This document shows, piece after piece, positions 18,301 to 23,401 of a stretch of DNA of 64,000 nt. The notes beneath the pieces are model-generated. The model saw nothing but the letters and a program-made list of their open reading frames with translations. It made no database searches and had not been told where the DNA came from. A program made the translations under genes and the position numbers. Origin of the DNA: Caldilineaceae bacterium. GTDB taxonomy: Bacteria; Chloroflexota; Anaerolineae; Caldilineales; Caldilineaceae. The DNA lies in NCBI GenBank assembly GCA_963422415.1, contig OY729430.1:2517598-2581597 (forward strand), given 5' to 3'. How positions within the stretch are numbered: position 1 is the stretch's first letter; each line of letters begins with the position of its first letter.

Positions 18301-18501
18301 TGCAGCGATCGTAGCTGTCACTTGCATGCCTGTGCGCACCAAGCGGTAACTGCTCTCCCAATGCTCAGCCGGATGATCGTAGGCCCCCTGCGCTACCCAG
18401 GTTGGTGGCGATTCCGACGCCAGCCCCGGCCGGGCCAGCAGGGTCAAGGCCAGCAGCGTTCCCAGTGCCCAACACAGTATTCGGCTGATCCAAGTATGCA
18501 T
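15313..18501 (-). CDS. Secreted leucine-rich-repeat protein LRR1: signal peptide, ~120-aa uncharacterised X module, Cys-containing N-cap, ~35 LRRs of 24/25 aa
   Basis: Start moved to the ATG at 18499-18501 (MHTWISRILCWALGTLLALTLLARPGLA/SE, Sec-type signal) because GGAGAG lies 5 nt upstream. The ORF-track start at 18558 has no such support. I counted ~35 units of consensus LPAGLFAGLDALQTLxLxxNxLTA. The protein ends ...LPASCLDCRQQITH. Confidence 0.85.
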   Translation of the reverse strand: MHTWISRILCWALGTLLALTLLARPGLASESPPTWVAQGAYDHPAEHWESSYRLVRTGMQVTATIAAWRSPVQHYARQEPTDLFKVPAGYRPVTRVNRTVVAHPVDVQGQDLAAAARSFGLLVTREGAVRYVDDERVEGTGYLRYETKLAWTTNEAWCEDGPLHGRAQVVASALTALTSQETCASVGAAQLASVTALDLHYSHLGQLRADDFAGLTALQTLDLRRNQLAALPPGLFAGLTALQTLDLGHNQLAALPAGLFAGLDTLQTLDLGHNQLAALPAGLFAGLDTLQTLDLGHNQLAALPAGLFAGLDALQTLHLEDTGVEHLPAGLFAGLDALQTLHLEDTGVEHLPAGLFAGLDALQTLHLRGNTALTALPAGLFAGLDTLQTLHLDYNQLAALPAGLFAGLDALQTLHLRGNTALTALPVGLFAGLDALQTLHLRGNTALTALPVGLFAGLDTLQTLHLSGNTALTALPVGLFAGLDTLQTLHLEDTGVGHLPAGLFAGLDALQTLHLRGNKVLTALPAGLFAGLDALQTLHLSDTGAEHLPVGLFAGLDALQTLHLEDTGVEHLPAGLFAGLDTLQTLHLHDTRVEHLPVGLFAGLTALQALHLRGNKVLATLPAGLFAGLDALQTLQLHDTRVERLSPDLFAGLSALQTLRLSSNRLTTVPEDLLADLAALHRLSWHTPQLAAVPRKFFAELDALQTLRLSSNRLTTVPEDLLADLAALHTLSWYTPQLAAVPRKFFAGLDALQTLYLSGNTALTTLPVGLFAELDALQTLYLSDNTALTTLPVGLFAELDALQTLYLSDNTALTTLPVGLFAGLDALQTLYLNDNTALTTLPVGLFAGLDALQELNLRDNTALTALPAGLFAGLDALQTLYLSGNTALTALPAGLFAGLDALQTLYLSGNTALTALPAGLFAGLDALQKLNLCNTKLSTLPAGLFADLGALQMLCLGTDLRMDDTSMADIVDLVALPPNLFAGLSQLQNLYLSSDRLTTVPEDLLADLAALRTLIWRTPQLATIPADFFVDLSPLERLFLDHSGQLVALPASCLDCRQQITH
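15690..17880 (-). repeat. In-frame 72/75-bp tandem repeats encoding the LRR1 units, with runs of near-identical copies
   Basis: For example, the unit ggcgtccagcccggcaaagagacccgccggcag...cagatacagcgtctgcag recurs every 75 bp through ~15760-16260 with only a few substitutions. 72-bp versions run through ~17290-17870. A 144-bp double unit is duplicated at ~16270-16560. Confidence 0.9.
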
Positions 18502-19107
18502 CTGCTCTCCTGTCGATCGTGGCCAACTCCCATTGTATTGCACACGGTGACACGACAATCGAGTAGGGCAACCTCAGACGAGAGACGACCCGGAGAGTGC
18601 AGTGGAGGATAAGTCTCCAAGTGCGCAAGCCACCATGAAACCGGTGTCAGTCACAGCGTCTGGGTTCCAAGCAGATACGAAATTACCTAATATGCATATG
18701 CACCTGTCGGCAATACTGACCGAAGAGGCCAAACCACAAACCAAGGTGATCTGATCGGCATCTCTGGCGTGACACGGACAACTCCGAAGCCCCGCACCTG
18801 TGTATGCATGACAAGCCCTATGACTTTTAATCCGTACAACACAAAGGTTTTGGGAGCGCCGAGAAATTTCAGGCCTGTTTGTCCAATTAAACGACATCAC
18901 CATTCAGAACAGAGAGGTCGACTGCCTAGAGTGTTTGATTTGTCTCGTCACTGATCGCGTTATATGCAATGGCGTTCCAATAGCATAAGTGTTTTCCATC
19001 AACAAACACTTGAAATCTTGGCCACCATTGAAAAATGTAGAGACGAGAGCGAATGGAAGTGGACAGAGGCAGGATATTCAGGTTGGTATTAGGTCAGTGA
19101 CGGGAAA

Positions 19108-19142
19108 GGGGCATAGATTCGGGATCCTCCAGTCTATGCCCC
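19108..19142 (-). terminator. Stem-loop ~30 nt downstream of the M23/FN3 gene stop (candidate intrinsic terminator)
   Basis: GGGGCATAGA (19108-19117) pairs with TCTATGCCCC (19133-19142), with a 15-nt loop. On the minus strand it is followed by TTTCCCG, which is only a short U tract. Confidence 0.45.
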
Positions 19143-19170
19143 TGGTTTGAGAGCTTGGATCTGGATAAGC

Positions 19171-22100
19171 TCAGGCAGGCAGAATCAGGACGTGACCGCC
19201 GGGTTCGGGATTGGACCAAGGACCGGCGCCCAAGGCATTGACTGCCTGTACCGAGTAGTACCAGGTGCCATCTACAGTTGGAGCGGCCTCGACATAGGAA
19301 GTGTCCTGTACACGCTCGGTACGCAGCGCATAGGGCTGGTTCCGGCTGGCCAGACGACGGCGCACGCGGTAGTGGGTGACGGGTCGGCCGCCGTCGTGAG
19401 TGGGGGCGGTCCAAGTCAGAGTCACTTGGCCACCAGCCAGACGCACCGTGCCCGCGCCCACCGCAGCGGGGGATGTGCCCACCTGCAGCACGTGACCGCT
19501 GGTTTCAGGATTGGACCAGAGGCTGTCCCCTAGGGCATTGACGGCCTGCACCGAGTAGTACCAGGTGCCGTCCACAGTTGGAGCGGCCTCGACATAGGCA
19601 GTGTCCTGCACGCGCTCGGCACGCAGCGCATAGGCCTGATTCTGGCTGGCCAGACGGCGGCGTACCCGATAGTGGGTGACAGGGCGACCACCGTCGTGGG
19701 TGGGAGCGGTCCAAGTCAGGGTCACCTGGCCACCGGCCAGACGCACCGTGCCCGCGTCCACCGCGCTCGGGGGCGTGCCTACCTGCAGCACGTGACCGCT
19801 GGTTTCGGGATTGGACCAAGGGCTGTCTCCCAAGGCGTTGACCGCCTGTATCGAGTAATACCAGGTGCCATCCACAGTTGGAGCGGCCTCGTCATAGGCG
19901 GTGTCTGGCACGCGTACAGCACGCAACGCATAGGCTTGGTTCTCACTGGCCAAACGTCGGCGCACCCGATAGTGGGTGACAGGGCGACCACCATCGGCAG
20001 CAGGAACGGTCCAAGTCAATGCAACCCGGCCGCCGTACAGGTGCACGGTCCCGGCTCCCACCACCCCTGGGGATGCTGCCGCGGTCACCACCGAGACTGG
20101 AGCCGAGCGGATCCCGGCTGCTGCGGCATGGTGACCTTGCACCGCATAGGCATAGGCTGTGGCCGGAGCCAAATCATGCCGGTCACGCCACTGCGTCAGG
20201 GTCTCTCCCGTGTCCGGCACGTGCCGAACCCAAGATCCTGATGTTCCAACGCGCCGCCACACCCGATAGCCGTGTACCGGCCCGCCGCCGGCTGGCGCCC
20301 GCCAACGCAGCTGCACGTGAGGCCCCACCGCCTCCGCCGTCAGATCCCGGGGCTGTCCAGGTGGAGGCAGTGGGGCAGCCGACGTAGCTACCTGCACTAC
20401 CCCCGAGGGCACCCCCGCCCCCGCCGCGTTCAGGGCGCGCACGCGCAGCAGGTAGACCGTAGCCGCGGCCAGCCCCGTCAGCATGTGCCGCGTGCGCGTG
20501 GACCCCGTGTCCTGCACCAACGCGCGCCAGACCGAACCCGTCCACCGCTCAAGACGGTAGCCCTCAATGCGGGCCCCGCCATTGTGAACCGGCCGGCTCC
20601 AATCCAGCGTGGCCGTGGTGGCCTCAAGACCCTCCGCCTGCAGATTCTCCGGCGCGGCTGGCGGTTGCACCCGCGCCGCTGCCGTCCATCGCACCCGGGC
20701 CGTGTAGCGCAGGTAGCCCACGTGATCCAGCTCCGGCCCGTCCACGTAGCGCACCGCCCCGTCTTGCCCTACTGTCAGATCGAAGCGGGCGGGCAGGCCG
20801 CTCACGTGGTCCGTGCCGTCCGTGTTCACGCGTCGGCCGTCCGGCACCGTGTGCCGGTATTGGCGGGCCGGGCGCAACTCCGCCGGCAGCACGCATAGGT
20901 TTGCCGGATTCTGTCGCGCCGCGTACTGCACCGCCGAGCGCGTGCTGCCCAAGGTACCGGTCACCGTGTTCCCCCGTCGCGTCAGGTCGTAGCGGCCCTC
21001 CCAGTGCACCGCCCGGTTCTGAAAGTGGCCTTGGCGGTTCAGGTCTGGCTGCGAGATCGGCGTCGCCAGCGCCGCCGCCGTCTGCCACTCCAGACCCGTG
21101 ACCTGGTAGGCCAAGTACCCGACATGATCCACCTGATGGTCATTCAGGTAGCGCACCGCCCCGTCTTGCCCGACCGTCAGATCGAAGCGGGCGGGCAGGC
21201 CGCTCACGTGGTCCGTGCCATCCGTGTTCACGTGTCGGCCGTCCGGTACCGTATGCTGGACCGGAGCCGTGGGTCGGAACCCCGCTGGCAACACAAACAG
21301 ATCCTCAGGCCGTTGGCGGGCGTAGTACTGCACCGGAGAGCGGACGCTGCCGAAACTTGCCGTCACCGTGGTATCCCGTTTCGACACCGCCCATCTGCCC
21401 TCCCAGTTCGTGGCCAGATTCAGGTAGCGCCCCGACGCCCTTTGCACGCCACCCGGCGGTGGCGTCGGCATCTCAGGACCCGGCGGCGTGGGTTGCTCCA
21501 CCTGCACCGTGGGCACCTTTGACAGAGTTCCCGACGTCACTACGAAGTTCCTGCTGACCCAACCCGGCATTGCAGTGCGATACTGAATCTGCCACCAGGC
21601 AGGTGTCTCCGCATCCTTGCCCACAATCGGGTACACGGTCCGGTCCGCCAGGCGACCCACCTCTGCATGCACCGTGCTCGGCCCCGAACGCACCGGCAGG
21701 GGCGTGGACACGTCTGTTGCCTCCGCGGACAACACGGCGGACACGATCCTATCCATGTCCGCCCCGGCCAGCGCCTCCGGATCGGCGATCAGACGCGGGT
21801 CGCGCAACGTGCTGACCCGCGTCCCGGTATCGCCCGTCACAGTCACCTGATTCATCCGCACCCAACCGACCTCTTCCTTGGATCGCTCGATTTGCCACCA
21901 ACGTCGTTCGTACCGGATGCCAGGAGGGCCGACATGATCTCGTTGAGAGTGCGCAGGCATATAACGTCCGTCGTGGCCCACAAGGGCATAGGTGCCAGGG
22001 GCCAGCTTGTCAAGGCGATGCTCATCCGTGTTGTCATACGGTTTGCTGTACACATGCACTGTCGTGCCCGCCTTCACCTGCACTTCTGGACAGGACCCCG

Positions 22101-22671
22101 GCGAGATGTTGGAGTTTAGACAATGTCTGTTGATTGCCTGAGGTATGCCACTGGTATCGTTTGTAATCGCATCCCAATTGTATGGGTGCCCCACCAGAAA
22201 ATTCTTGAAATCCCGGCCTCCATTGAAATCATCTCCTATGCCTACAACCCCTTCCTTATTGTATGTCCTGTATCGCACATGCAGGTGCGAGACATCAGTG
22301 TTCGTGCGACCGGAAACACCGATCAGATCACCTTGCTTCACACCTTCTTGGCCCTTCTCAACCAGCAGCACCGACAGGTGTGCATAGGCCAGTTCAAACC
22401 CGCCGCTCGCATCGTCTTCCCGTGCCGTGCGGATGGTGATGTAGTTGCCATAGTTATTCCCTGGATCCCTTAGTGCCTTGTGGACATAGCCTGCAGCCAT
22501 GGCATGGATGGGCGTGCCCGTGCAGCAGCCCCAATCGATGCCTTCGTGGCCCTCCTGTTCAAATTCTTGATAAAGTTCTCTTGTGGCAGGATCATTGAAT
22601 ATATTTGTAATTGTCCAGTTTTCGCCCGGCCGAAACGGTAGTCCTAGTTCGAGGGTTTCATGGGATGTCAT
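19171..22671 (-). CDS. Giant multidomain protein: M23 (LytM-type) metallopeptidase, 2 x SH3b-like, Pro-rich linker, 2 x X module, 5 x fibronectin type III; no recognisable signal peptide
   Basis: AAGGAGA lies 7 nt upstream of the ATG. M23 motifs are HEGIDWG (HxxxD) and DVSHLHV (HxH), at aa ~35-140. SH3b-like segments are VKAGTTVHVYSKP...RRWWQIE...GWV and LPVRSGPS...PAWWQIQY...GWV. X modules are at aa ~415-532 and ~545-665. FN3 units run from aa ~668 (APENLQAEGLEATTATLDWSRP...GYRLERW...YLLRVRALNAAG) to aa 1160. Confidence 0.85.
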   Translation of the reverse strand: MTSHETLELGLPFRPGENWTITNIFNDPATRELYQEFEQEGHEGIDWGCCTGTPIHAMAAGYVHKALRDPGNNYGNYITIRTAREDDASGGFELAYAHLSVLLVEKGQEGVKQGDLIGVSGRTNTDVSHLHVRYRTYNKEGVVGIGDDFNGGRDFKNFLVGHPYNWDAITNDTSGIPQAINRHCLNSNISPGSCPEVQVKAGTTVHVYSKPYDNTDEHRLDKLAPGTYALVGHDGRYMPAHSQRDHVGPPGIRYERRWWQIERSKEEVGWVRMNQVTVTGDTGTRVSTLRDPRLIADPEALAGADMDRIVSAVLSAEATDVSTPLPVRSGPSTVHAEVGRLADRTVYPIVGKDAETPAWWQIQYRTAMPGWVSRNFVVTSGTLSKVPTVQVEQPTPPGPEMPTPPPGGVQRASGRYLNLATNWEGRWAVSKRDTTVTASFGSVRSPVQYYARQRPEDLFVLPAGFRPTAPVQHTVPDGRHVNTDGTDHVSGLPARFDLTVGQDGAVRYLNDHQVDHVGYLAYQVTGLEWQTAAALATPISQPDLNRQGHFQNRAVHWEGRYDLTRRGNTVTGTLGSTRSAVQYAARQNPANLCVLPAELRPARQYRHTVPDGRRVNTDGTDHVSGLPARFDLTVGQDGAVRYVDGPELDHVGYLRYTARVRWTAAARVQPPAAPENLQAEGLEATTATLDWSRPVHNGGARIEGYRLERWTGSVWRALVQDTGSTRTRHMLTGLAAATVYLLRVRALNAAGAGVPSGVVQVATSAAPLPPPGQPRDLTAEAVGPHVQLRWRAPAGGGPVHGYRVWRRVGTSGSWVRHVPDTGETLTQWRDRHDLAPATAYAYAVQGHHAAAAGIRSAPVSVVTAAASPGVVGAGTVHLYGGRVALTWTVPAADGGRPVTHYRVRRRLASENQAYALRAVRVPDTAYDEAAPTVDGTWYYSIQAVNALGDSPWSNPETSGHVLQVGTPPSAVDAGTVRLAGGQVTLTWTAPTHDGGRPVTHYRVRRRLASQNQAYALRAERVQDTAYVEAAPTVDGTWYYSVQAVNALGDSLWSNPETSGHVLQVGTSPAAVGAGTVRLAGGQVTLTWTAPTHDGGRPVTHYRVRRRLASRNQPYALRTERVQDTSYVEAAPTVDGTWYYSVQAVNALGAGPWSNPEPGGHVLILPA
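19192..20091 (-). repeat. Three tandem 300-bp (100-aa) near-identical FN3-coding repeats
   Basis: The copies begin near 19189, 19489 and 19789 (cacgtgaccgctggtttc[ag]ggattggacca...gagta[ga]taccaggtgcc). Protein unit: VLQVGT..AGTVRLAGGQVTLTWTAPTHDGGRPVTHYRVRRRLAS.NQ.YALR.ERVQDT.YVEAAPTVDGTWYYSVQAVNALG...SNPE..GH. Confidence 0.9.
20677..21429 (-). repeat. Tandem duplication encoding the two X modules (period ~402 bp), with a ~105-bp almost identical core
   Basis: 20746-20850 and 21148-21252 match: gtagcgcaccgccccgtcttgccc..gtcagatcgaagcgggcgggcaggccgctcacgtggtccgtgcc.tccgtgttcacg.gtcggccgtccgg. They differ at only a handful of positions. Confidence 0.85.
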
Positions 22672-22800
22672 GCGATATCTCCTTATGCATGGAACAGACT
22701 AGGACGGTACTCTATGTCATTCCGTGCATGTCCGCCATTGCCATCGCGTGGTAGCCGCGTCACTGCAGCGTAGAGCTGTCCGATCCAAATCGCACCCAAA

Positions 22801-22832
22801 GCCCGTTCCATGCCAAGAGGCATGGAACGGGC
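22801..22832 (-). terminator. Perfect 14-bp GC-rich hairpin plus T tract, ~130 nt upstream of the M23 gene and ~570 nt downstream of LRR2
   Basis: GCCCGTTCCATGCC aaga GGCATGGAACGGGC. On the minus strand it is followed by TTTGGGTGCGATTT. It could be the LRR2 terminator, the end of an unannotated RNA, or a leader element of the M23 gene. Confidence 0.5.
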
Positions 22833-23401
22833 AGAGACATCCATCCACGGTAGAGGATGTCAGAACCCATAGTCAAGTCAGATACAAATCAAGGCTTTCC
22901 TGCCAGTCTGTGCCTTCCAACTCTACGCCTGATGTCAGCTACTGGATTACAAGGCTCAGCGGGAAGCATAGGTCGGCGATGTAGTGCAGACAAGCATTTT
23001 TCATAGCAAAAACCACAGTGATTCACTCGGTCCGCTGGACCAGATCCCGCCGAATCGGCTGAGAGTGTAAGTCAAGAAGTCTGTCGGCAGTGATGTCACA
23101 TAGTGAGCAGCTAGGCACACCGAGACCAGATCCAGATTACGGGTCAGCAAGTATCCCAGACGCGCACCGTCCAGTCCCTAGAGAGCCATTCCCACCATTA
23201 CAGCAGGGATGAGTTCCAGCCTTAGGTTGTAGCTGGATCCTCGTCTACTTCACCATTACACAACAGCATCTTCTCTGATTGCTTCCTGTACCCCTACATG
23301 CGCAGACCTGCGGTGACAATCCACTCAACAACCAAAAGTCAGGGCTGTGCGGCAGGCACTCGCTTGTCACTGTTGACAGGGACAGCACTCAGAACATGAA
23401 C

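Noticed and set aside
19192-20091. Diversity-generating retroelement (template/variable repeat pair) suggested by near-identical 300-bp copies
   Set aside because: No reverse transcriptase gene is in the window. Differences between copies include all substitution types (A/G, C/T, G/C) rather than being confined to adenine positions. The copies are tandem in-frame domains.
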